The notes below the pieces were generated by a model. That model ran no database searches. It was not told the origin of the DNA and worked only from the letters and a program-made list of their open reading frames with translations. Source: Longimicrobiales bacterium (lineage in GTDB: Bacteria > Gemmatimonadota > Gemmatimonadetes > Longimicrobiales > Gaopeijiaceae). Taken from it: a stretch of DNA of 64,000 nucleotides. The position numbers and the translations under genes were made by a program. Shown piece by piece: positions 41,257 through 49,602 of the stretch. The stretch lies in assembly GCA_965203485.1 (NCBI GenBank), contig OZ241892.1, positions 288,001 to 352,000 on the forward strand, written 5' to 3'. The first letter of the stretch is position 1, and each line of letters starts with the position of its first letter.

Positions 41257-41571
41257 ACTGGTCCGTGTCCACGGTCCGCCGAGCCCGGCGTGCGTTGGCC
41301 GCTTCACGCGGAGACAGCCTTAAGGCGCGCAACCGCGTTGGACGGTCGAGACTCCGCTTCATGTAGGCGGGTGTCCCGTGCGCGACCAGCTTCACCGCCG
41401 CGTCGCCTCCGCTTCATGAGCGCGGGGATGCCGGACTCGGCCTCGCCGCGACCAACCCGGGCCGACCGCGGCTTCGCACGTGCGGGTCTCGCCCCGTCTC
41501 CGCGCCGCGCGTGCCAAGTGGCCGTGCCGGCCCGGCTCCTGGGCCCCGAGTCGTGCGGGACCAAGACCCGC

Positions 41572-41593
41572 TGTCATACCCCCCCGATACGTT
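41572..41593 (+). promoter_or_regulatory. PafBC/RecA-NDp-type promoter facing lipoprotein/M48 genes
   Basis: TGTCA-tac-8nt(ccccccga)-TACGTT. Confidence 0.6.
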
Positions 41594-41750
41594 GCCTGCC
41601 GCGTTTTCGCGACCGGTGCGCCTCCCGGCCCCGGTTCGCCTCGTTCGGTGTTGCGCAGCCGTTTGCGGAGGCCGAGCGGATGCGGGACCGCCGAGCGGAG
41701 CCCGGTCGCGAGCAACTCCATCCCAACACATCCCAAGGAGGGAAAGGGAA

Positions 41751-42098
41751 TTGAACAGGCTTGCTAGAATCAGAATCGTTTCCAGGATGTGCGCGCTGGG
41801 CGCCGCCGTGGCGCTGGCCGGATGCTGGGACGAAGCCGAAGTGCGGGGCCGGTGGACGGGAGCCGACGAGCGCCCCAACATCGGAGTCCGGGTCGTGGAC
41901 AGCGGGGAAGTGCACGAGATCAGATACGTCGACGACGAGGGCCGCTTCAGCTTCAAGATCGCGTGCCCGGGCCACTACTCGTTCGTGGTGCACACCAACC
42001 CGCCGATTGTCGCGTTCCTTTGGACCGAACGCACGTTCACGGGCTGCAAGGCCAACGGAGCCGAGAAGCTGAAGTCGCTGCCCGAGTCGGCCGGGTAG
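41751..42098 (+). CDS. Small hypothetical lipoprotein
   Basis: RBS aaggag/aaggga, TTG start, LAGC lipobox. Confidence 0.6.
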   Translation: MNRLARIRIVSRMCALGAAVALAGCWDEAEVRGRWTGADERPNIGVRVVDSGEVHEIRYVDDEGRFSFKIACPGHYSFVVHTNPPIVAFLWTERTFTGCKANGAEKLKSLPESAG

Positions 42099-42231
42099 GC
42101 CCCGTCGATCACGCCGTGCTTCTATCGGTTGCAGGTGCGGCGGCGCGATCTCGCCTTCCGGCAACCATGTCCGGGCGCGCCCTGGTCCAGACGTGGCAAC
42201 AGATCCCGACGGGGCACGAGGAGACGCAAAC

Positions 42232-43224
42232 ATGAAGGCAACTGGCAGGTCGGCCGGCTTGGCCGCCGCCGCGTTCCTTGCCGGGTGCGCTGGCGCGATG
42301 TACAAGCCAATGGCGGTGGCGGACAGGGCAATCGAGCAACGCATCCTGACCGAGCGCAACAGCGACTACTGGGCGATGCTGGCCCGTCTCGACGGCATTT
42401 CTTGGCAGGTGCGCCGCGCGAACCGCCATCTCTGCACCGGGAAGATCGCGCACGAAGTGGGCGTGCGCGTCGCCGACCTCGGCGGATACGTCCGCAACGA
42501 ACCCCTGTTGCACTTGCCACGCGACGAGCGGGGAACATACACGGTTCAATCCGTGACTCCCGGTTCTCCCGGCCACCGAGACGGCATCCAGCCCGGCGAT
42601 GTGCTCACGAAGGAGGAGCTGGAGGGCCATGCGCGCCAAGAAGTGTGCATGGGTAGCGTGCTCCTTCTCCGACCGCGGGATGTTGAAGCCGCCGGCTCGC
42701 TGGAAGCATACACGAACGGCCAGCAAGTCGCACTTACGACGGCTGTGGTGGAGTGGCTCGACACGGACGACAGAATCGCGGCGGTAGTGGCGCACGAGAC
42801 GGCTCACATTGCCATGAGGCACATCGACAAGCGCCGGAACAACGCGGCCGCCGGAGCCGTTCTGGGCGCGGTGACCGATGGGCTCTTGTGCGGAGCGCTG
42901 GGTGGTCTCTCGTGCTATACCGCGTCGAACGCTGGAGCTGGTGCGCGGGCCGGTGCGGCGGCGTACTCGGTGGACTTCGAACGCGAGGCGGACTACGTGG
43001 GGATGTACATGGCGTTCAACGCGGGCTTCGACACGTCGGTGTGGTCCGACCTTTTCTTGGACATTGGGGTGCGCTTCGGCCAGGGATTCGGCTCGACGCA
43101 CCCCTCCAACCCCGATCGGGCGGCGAGCATGGTGGTTTGGCATGAGAACATCCAGGCCGAACGCGAGGCCGCCGATGCTCGCGGGCTGGCGGAGGAACCA
43201 CTCTTTCCCAAGCCGAATCGGTGA
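42232..43224 (+). CDS. M48 family metallopeptidase with PDZ domain, lipoprotein
   Basis: LAGC; PGSPG..GIQPGDV; VAHETAH; EREADYVG; STHP. Confidence 0.85.
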   Translation: MKATGRSAGLAAAAFLAGCAGAMYKPMAVADRAIEQRILTERNSDYWAMLARLDGISWQVRRANRHLCTGKIAHEVGVRVADLGGYVRNEPLLHLPRDERGTYTVQSVTPGSPGHRDGIQPGDVLTKEELEGHARQEVCMGSVLLLRPRDVEAAGSLEAYTNGQQVALTTAVVEWLDTDDRIAAVVAHETAHIAMRHIDKRRNNAAAGAVLGAVTDGLLCGALGGLSCYTASNAGAGARAGAAAYSVDFEREADYVGMYMAFNAGFDTSVWSDLFLDIGVRFGQGFGSTHPSNPDRAASMVVWHENIQAEREAADARGLAEEPLFPKPNR

Positions 43225-43661
43225 GTGGTCGGCCGCCGGGCGCCGCGGCCCGGCGGCCGGTTCCCAGGGGCGTTTCGGCGCAGGGCGCACGCGGTGCCGG
43301 GCAGCCGAGCCAAGCGCGGCCGCGTCGAGAGGCCGCGTGGGAGCGCGCCGCTCCGGCGTCCGGGTGCGGTTCGCTGGGGCGCCCACTTGCGCGGCTCGGG
43401 CTTGTCGGCCACCTTAACGAAGCCGTCGTCGAGCCGGCGGGAGCGAGGCGCCACCTAAGCGGCGTCTCCACGCGCACGCTCTGCCGACGGCCACGCGCTT
43501 GGCTGGCGCAAGGATCGGCGACCGGGCGGGCGCACTGAATCGCCGCAATGCGGCCATGCTTCGAGACTGGCGTTGTGGCGAGGCGCGCCCCGGTCTCGGC
43601 GCATGACCCCGCCGGAGTGCGCATGGCCGCGCACACGAACCCTTTGAAGCGAGAACAGAAC

Positions 43662-44615
43662 ATGCCGACCCGACGCGAATGGATTCAGTCCGCCGCCGCC
43701 ACGAGCGCCCTGCTCGCGCTCGATCCGCGCTCGATCCGCGCTCTGGGACCGCAGGAACTCCTGATCAGACAGATCCCCGGCGCCGACGAGCACCTGCCGA
43801 TCATCGGCCTGGGGAGTTCCGCCTCGTTCCGCAGGATGGCGGCCGACGGCGACTTGAGCCGCCTGACCGAGGTCATCCGCGTCTTCGTCGAGAACGGCGC
43901 GCGAGTGTTCGACACGGCGCCCAGCTACGGGCCGTCGGAGGAAGCGGCGGGCGCCATCGCGGCCGACCTTGGGGTCTCCGAGGAGATCTTCTGGGCCACC
44001 AAGGTCAACGTCGCGGGTCGCAGGGGGGGCGCGGCCGATCCCGCCGCGGCGCGAGCGCAGATCGAGCGCTCCTTCGAGCGCTTGCAGGTTCCTGTCGTGG
44101 ACTTGATTCAAGTGCACAATCTCGGGGACCCGCCGACGCAGGTCGGCATTCTGCAGGAACTCAAGGCCGAGGGACGCGTCCGCTACATCGGCATCACGAG
44201 CACCAGCGCGCGGCAGTACGACGCGCTGGCCCAGGCCATGCGCGACTATCCCTTGGACTTCATAGGGATCGACTACGCGGTGGACGACCGGGCGTCGGCG
44301 GAGACGATTCTGCCCTTGGCGGCCGAGCGCGGCATCGGCGTCCTCGTCTACGTTCCGTTCGGGCGCACGCGGCTGTTCCAGCGGGTCGGCGACCGAGAGG
44401 TCCCCGACTGGGCGGCGGACTTCGGCGCGGACACGTGGGCGCGCTTCTTCCTCAAGTTCGCGGCGGCCCACCCGGCCGTCACGGTCGTGACGCCGGCGAC
44501 CAGCAACCCGGAGCACATGCTGGACAACATCGGCGCGGCGCACGGCCGGTTGCCGGACGAGGACGAGCAGGCGCGCATGATCGAGCTGGTGGACGGCCTG
44601 CCCCAAGCGGGCTGA
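43662..44615 (+). CDS. Aldo/keto reductase with Tat signal
   Basis: TRREWI; IGLG; FDTAPSYG.SE; ATK; DLIQVHN; GRVRYIG. Confidence 0.9.
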   Translation: MPTRREWIQSAAATSALLALDPRSIRALGPQELLIRQIPGADEHLPIIGLGSSASFRRMAADGDLSRLTEVIRVFVENGARVFDTAPSYGPSEEAAGAIAADLGVSEEIFWATKVNVAGRRGGAADPAAARAQIERSFERLQVPVVDLIQVHNLGDPPTQVGILQELKAEGRVRYIGITSTSARQYDALAQAMRDYPLDFIGIDYAVDDRASAETILPLAAERGIGVLVYVPFGRTRLFQRVGDREVPDWAADFGADTWARFFLKFAAAHPAVTVVTPATSNPEHMLDNIGAAHGRLPDEDEQARMIELVDGLPQAG

Positions 44616-44654
44616 CTGCAAGCGGCGCCTGGGACAACGGGGAGGCGGTCGAGC

Positions 44655-45116
44655 ATGATGAGGAAAATCGGTGGCGCGGCGCTGGGCTTCTGGAACTTGG
44701 CGACCTTCGCATGCTTCTCGCTCTTGTGGTTCGCGCTCGGGGCCGACGGGTCGTTCCAGCCGGGCAGCTGGGAAGTCTCTGGAGCGTGGGCGGCCGCGGC
44801 CCTTGCCGTCTACCTCCTTTCGGGCGGGTCGGCCGGATTCACGGCGGCCAAGGTAGGGCGGGGGCTCCTGGGGCCCGCCATCTTGCTCGTGCTCGTGGCG
44901 GCCATGGGCGTGTACGCGGCGGTCGTCGGAGGCGCGGGAGTCGACCCGCGCCCCGACGACGTGTCGATCTTCGATGCCGGCGGAGATGCGCGGTATCCCG
45001 CGTGGGCGGCTTGGCTCAACGCGTTCGTTGGGCCCTTGGGAGTTCTGTGCGGCGCGTGCAAGGCGCGGCGCCGAGCCGAGGCAGAAGGAGACGCATCCTA
45101 CAGCGGCGCCGAGTGA
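44655..45116 (+). CDS. Hypothetical 4-TM membrane protein
   Basis: Four hydrophobic segments; RBS ggagg. Confidence 0.65.
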   Translation: MMRKIGGAALGFWNLATFACFSLLWFALGADGSFQPGSWEVSGAWAAAALAVYLLSGGSAGFTAAKVGRGLLGPAILLVLVAAMGVYAAVVGGAGVDPRPDDVSIFDAGGDARYPAWAAWLNAFVGPLGVLCGACKARRRAEAEGDASYSGAE

Positions 45117-45331
45117 TGGGCGGCGAGGCGTTGGCTCTGGCCTACATGGGTCCGGGAGCTGGCATTGCCGCCGTCGGAGCGCTGATCGGCTTGGTGTGGG
45201 TCGTCGTCAACGTGATCGTCGGCTTGGTCTGGCATCCCGTTCGCCAGTTGCGGAGGTGGTGGAGAGAGCGCCGCTTCGCGGGACGGGGCGCCTCTTCCGC
45301 CGACAACGAGAGGACCGGGACGGCGAGTTAG
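45116..45331 (+). CDS. Small membrane protein (AYMGPG motif)
   Basis: MGGEALALAYMGPGAG...one TM...WHPVRQLRR; TGATG coupling. Confidence 0.6.
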   Translation: MGGEALALAYMGPGAGIAAVGALIGLVWVVVNVIVGLVWHPVRQLRRWWRERRFAGRGASSADNERTGTAS

Positions 45332-46353
45332 GGCGAAACGCAACGCCCTCGTACGCCTCGGCATCGAAGCTGACCGAGGGCGTTCTAGACCGAAGTTCCG
45401 GGCGGTGCGTAGGGCTCGTCATCCTTCTGCCTCCTTGCTCGGTGCCATTGGGCAGATCGGATGCGGCCATCGTTACCGTCCCAACACGCCACATGATTTC
45501 TTCCGAAATAGTGCCTTCCACAGGTAGCGCACCGGCGGAACGCTCCCTGCCTTGACAATGTCCACAAATCCACCATCGCCGCCGTCCTCGACCTGCCTCG
45601 ATACCGGCCCCGAGTAGAAATCTTCCGGAACCGTTCGCAGAACGCCCGACTCGTCCGGCACATCATCATATCCAATGGACAGAATGTTCACTTCATTCGA
45701 TCGCTCGGCTGCATACGCCTCCAAATCGAGACCGGTCGTAGTCGAAATGTAGTCGGCCAATAAGTCCTGCAAGATCCAAATAGTCTTCGCATTCCATGCC
45801 GTCGCAACCTGAGACTTCACAATCAGTTGGCTTGCCATGCGCGCCCACACCTGCCTATAGTTGATTCCGGGGCCTTCATGTCTCTCTCCTTTCAACAGTG
45901 CATCCTCAAAAGCCATGCTGATCCGCGTCCGTTTCCTTTTGTTGCCACCGGACGTCGATGACGACATCACTTCGACAATCACGAGCGGCACCGATGGCCA
46001 GTCGTCGATCCATACTTCGCCGTCACGTCTAACGATCTCGAGACCATTGCCTTGTGCTATGCGCAGACATCTGTCCTCTGACATATCCAACGCACTTGAT
46101 ATCCTTGACGCCGGCATCGCTGTCTTGTCCGCGAGGACATAATCGAAAGTATAGTTGAACAAATGCGTCTTTTCAGATCGATCAGTCATTGGCACTGTCA
46201 TCTTGACCTCCGACCATGCGCGATATGGAGTTGCCCCGGTATGGTGGACGGGCAAGGATCTTGGGTTCAGATGGTGCAATGTGAAACATGACTTTAGGAA
46301 GGACGGAGGCGCAAGGGCGCCGAACGGTCTCGTGTCGAGGGGGTCGGTGCACT

Positions 46354-47202
46354 TTACGCGACCGCACGCTTGCGCTCGAAGCCGGCGGGGGATTCGTAGC
46401 CGAGCGCCGAGTGTCGGCGCCGCGAGTTGTAGAAGCCTTCGATGAAGGCGAAGACGGCGCGCCGGGCTTCGGCCGGACTTGTGAACTGGCAACGGTCCAG
46501 CAACTCGCATTCCAACGTGGCGAAGAAGCTCTCGCACATCGCGTTGTCGTAGGCGTCGCCCACCGAGCCCGTCGAGCGACGCACGCCGGCCTTCCTGCAC
46601 CGCTCGCCGAACGCCCAGGACGTGTACTGCGACCCCTGGTCCGAGTGATGGATCACGGTCTCTGGACTGCGGTTCTCGACGGCCATGGCGAGCGCGCGCT
46701 CGACGAGTTCGCCGCGCAGGTGCGTCTCCATGGCCCAGCCGACGACGCGGCGGCTCCAGGCGTCGACGACGACCGCCAGGTAGAGCCATCCGGCCCCGGC
46801 CGGCACGTACGTGATGTCGGCGACCCAGAGCTGGTCGGGGCCTTCGGCGCTGAAGTCGCGCTCGACCAAGTCCGGAGCCGGGCGCGCGTGGGCGTCGCGC
46901 ACCGTCAGCGCCACCTTGCGGCGCCTGCGGCTCGCGCCTTCGATGCCCTCCTCGCGCATGAGGCGGGCGACGCGCTTCGGACCGACGCGCTCGCCCCAGG
47001 CCGCGAGATCGGCGTGGATGCGCGGTCGCCCGTACGTCCGCCGGCTCGCTTCCCAGCTGCGGCGCACCAAGACGCGCAACGCGTCGTCGCGCAACGCGCT
47101 CGCCGATCGGGGACGCTTCAGCCATGCATAGAAGCCGCTCGGGGAGAGACCGAGGACGCGGCACATCGCGCGCACGGGAAACACGGCCCGGTGCGCTTTC
47201 AC
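46354..47202 (-). CDS. IS3 transposase OrfB (DDE)
   Basis: WVADITY, HHSDQGSQY, ESFFATLECE, YN.RRRHSALG. Confidence 0.95.
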   Translation of the reverse strand: MKAHRAVFPVRAMCRVLGLSPSGFYAWLKRPRSASALRDDALRVLVRRSWEASRRTYGRPRIHADLAAWGERVGPKRVARLMREEGIEGASRRRRKVALTVRDAHARPAPDLVERDFSAEGPDQLWVADITYVPAGAGWLYLAVVVDAWSRRVVGWAMETHLRGELVERALAMAVENRSPETVIHHSDQGSQYTSWAFGERCRKAGVRRSTGSVGDAYDNAMCESFFATLECELLDRCQFTSPAEARRAVFAFIEGFYNSRRRHSALGYESPAGFERKRAVA

Positions 47203-47513
47203 GAACTCGAACCCTCTCCGGGAATCGAGCCGCTCTCCCGAGCGAACCAGGCCGCGGCTTTTTTTAGAATGTCGCGCTCGAGGCGCAACTGCTTGTTCTC
47301 CCGCTTCAGGCGGCGCAACTCGTCCCGCTCGCGCGTCGTCGTCCCGTCGTCGCGACGGCCCTCGTCGAGATCGGCCTGCTCGACCCAGTTGCGGATCGTC
47401 GGCGCCGACGGCTCGAACTCACGCGCCAGCGCCTCCGGCGACCGGCCCGAACGCGCCAGATCCACCATTCGCCGCCGGTACTCCAGCGGGTACTGCTTGC
47501 GTTTCTTCGGCAT
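47199..47513 (-). CDS. IS3 transposase OrfA; A7G -1 frameshift signal near 47258-47265
   Basis: HTH, ELRRLKRENKQL..ERDILKKAAAWFA; CTAAAAAAAG. Confidence 0.95.
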   Translation of the reverse strand: MPKKRKQYPLEYRRRMVDLARSGRSPEALAREFEPSAPTIRNWVEQADLDEGRRDDGTTTRERDELRRLKRENKQLRLERDILKKAAAWFARESGSIPGEGSSS

Positions 47514-47920
47514 CGTGGACTCCTCCTCGTCCCGAAAGATTGAACGTGTCCACCATGCCGGGGCAACTCCAATATTCCTTGGTCGGCGACAGACCGCCGT
47601 ATCGCACGATACGGTCTCTAACTGCCCCTTGCAGAGGCGACAGCTTCCTCCCGTGCAACGCCAATAGGCGTCGCGGGCACACGATCCACGGCTTCTGCCC
47701 TACCATGAGAGAACATACACCCGCTTGGACGGTTGGCTTCCTGAAGAAATATTCAAACAGCTCATCTCCTTCCTTCAAATGCAATGCCGATGCATGTCGA
47801 TTGCCACCGCCGTCGCACTCCGCGTTCATGAATGGACACCGTGCACGCCTTCTGCTTTCGTTTACATCTACTCCAGAAGCCTCAAGGGGATATCCTAGCA
47901 GTTCGTATATTTTGCTCATT

Positions 47921-49042
47921 TCAAGCCACCTGAGCCAAGCTGTCTCGAATTTTTTCGGCAATACCCATGGCAACCGGCGGAGGGACCGAATTGGCCACTT
48001 GCCTATGCTGGTCAAGGTTCTTCACCGATCCCGTTCTGCTTCGAATCGGCCCCTTTAGAACGTAGGAATCCGGGTAGCCATGAATTCTCATGTATTCCCG
48101 CGGCGTGAGATACCTATCTTCCGTCGGATGATAGAAAATCTCGCCGCATCGAAGAGTGTTCGCCGGCTTGCGCCGATGCAATCGCAAGAATTTGGTCGTG
48201 TCCTTCCTGGTCAATCCCCTTATCACACTTTCGCTCAAATGCGTCTGTGCGGCCAAGTAGGATCCTTCGGGCACTTGGGCAATGCGTTCTCGGTCTCTTT
48301 CCGGCGTCACGTCTACATGACTGTCTTCTCTGGGATGGAAGGTCGTCCCCTTTATTTTTGGTGCAGGCCTTCCCAAGTCGAAAATGACGTCCCCAACACC
48401 AGTATACGGTTTCATCGGAAAGAGATCATTGCAATCTCTTTTTGGGATGTGAGTGCGGCCAGGGAAAACAAAATTGCCGCCACTTCGTTCTGCAACGACA
48501 AACAGACGTTCTCGTAGCTGGGGTACGCCAAGGTCAGCAGCACAGACAACCTGCCACTTGACAACATAACCCGTTTCTTCAAGATCCGCCAGAAAGGCCG
48601 AGAACACTTCTCCTCGTTCTTGCCGTGGCCCCTTCGACGACAACAAGCCCTTCACCTGTTCAACGAGTACGACTCTAGGCTGGAATTCTCGTGCAAACCG
48701 CACGACCTGGAACAAGAGCAATCCGCGTTCGTCCCTTATGCCCAGTTGCTTTCCCGCCAGAGAGAACGATTGACACGGAGGTCCGCCAAAGAGCAGATCG
48801 AGATCGCCATTCGCTATCCCCAAAGTCTGGCGCAAGGTTTGTGCGTCGACGTGACGGATGTCTGCATTGACTATTCGAGTCGATCGAGTGTTTCGCTGCT
48901 TTGCCGCCCGTAGCGTACTGCAACAGTGTTCGTCGATCTCCAATTGTGCCAAGATATCGAAGCCTGCCGCTTCGACACCGATGTCCATCCCTCCAGCACC
49001 AGAGAAGAGGCTGAGTGCTTGCAAGTCGTTCTCGTCTTGCAT
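47921..49042 (-). CDS. DNA (cytosine-5)-methyltransferase
   Basis: SLFSGAGG, GGPPCQSFS, EQV, PQLRERLF, RQVANSVPP. Confidence 0.95.
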   Translation of the reverse strand: MQDENDLQALSLFSGAGGMDIGVEAAGFDILAQLEIDEHCCSTLRAAKQRNTRSTRIVNADIRHVDAQTLRQTLGIANGDLDLLFGGPPCQSFSLAGKQLGIRDERGLLLFQVVRFAREFQPRVVLVEQVKGLLSSKGPRQERGEVFSAFLADLEETGYVVKWQVVCAADLGVPQLRERLFVVAERSGGNFVFPGRTHIPKRDCNDLFPMKPYTGVGDVIFDLGRPAPKIKGTTFHPREDSHVDVTPERDRERIAQVPEGSYLAAQTHLSESVIRGLTRKDTTKFLRLHRRKPANTLRCGEIFYHPTEDRYLTPREYMRIHGYPDSYVLKGPIRSRTGSVKNLDQHRQVANSVPPPVAMGIAEKIRDSLAQVA

Positions 49043-49087
49043 TTCTATCCTCCAGGAGACGTTGGGCGATCAGATCGGGAATCTTCG

Positions 49088-49116
49088 AAGGTAGTGATGG
49101 AAGTGCACGCCGTCAA
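49088..49116 (-). promoter_or_regulatory. Sigma70-type promoter of the R-M operon
   Basis: TTGACG-17nt-TACCTT. Confidence 0.6.
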
Positions 49117-49293
49117 CGAGGCCCGACCATGTGCCCGGGGCTCGTCGGGCGGTGGTGCCGGATCGTCGTTTTTGCCGTGGCCAGCGTCCCCTCGGTGCCC
49201 CAGGTCGATCGGCTTCTTGGGCGGGAGCGACGTAACTCCTTGCCACGAAACAACTTGCGAGCCTCATGGCCGCAAATCCTTCGGAACTTCGGG

Positions 49294-49602
49294 CTAGACC
49301 GACTTCAAGACGCGCGCCAGGCCCGGTGCGTCGGGATTGTATCCCGGCGCGGGAGCCTCGAACGTCGCCGACGACACGACTACGGCCTCGATCTTGGCCA
49401 AGTTGAAGTTCCGCCAACCCGCGCTCCGCTTGGTTCCGGCCCCGTGTTGCCACGCCAGCAGCGTGGGATTGCCCCGGTCGCTGATGCCCAGCGCGTGCGG
49501 CCAGACGAGCCGCACGCTCACCGCGGAGCCGTAGACGAGCCTGACTTCGCGGCGGCAGTCGATGGCGCTGGCCAGCCTCGCTACGAGGTCATCGGGCTTC
49601 AT
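49294..49602 (-). CDS. Stand-alone WYL-domain-like protein (102 aa)
   Basis: AIDCRREVRLVY...RLVWPHALG...LLAWQ...GWRNFNLAKI...PGYNP. Confidence 0.7.
   Translation of the reverse strand: MKPDDLVARLASAIDCRREVRLVYGSAVSVRLVWPHALGISDRGNPTLLAWQHGAGTKRSAGWRNFNLAKIEAVVVSSATFEAPAPGYNPDAPGLARVLKSV

Larger units (their letters stand above)
46226..47571 (-). mobile_element. IS3-family insertion sequence, 1346 bp, 3-bp TSD ATA
   Basis: IRs TGGAGTTGCCCCGG(t/c)ATGGTGGAC; TG...CA ends; ATA at 46223-46225 and 47572-47574. Confidence 0.95.
45473..47919 (-). pseudogene. NotI-like restriction endonuclease interrupted by IS3
   Basis: CPF..ECD..GVCS..VCPRR Cys cluster, FDYV..VEVM. Removing the IS plus one TSD restores the frame (SPTKEY|RAWSEVK), about 365 aa. 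Confidence 0.8.
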
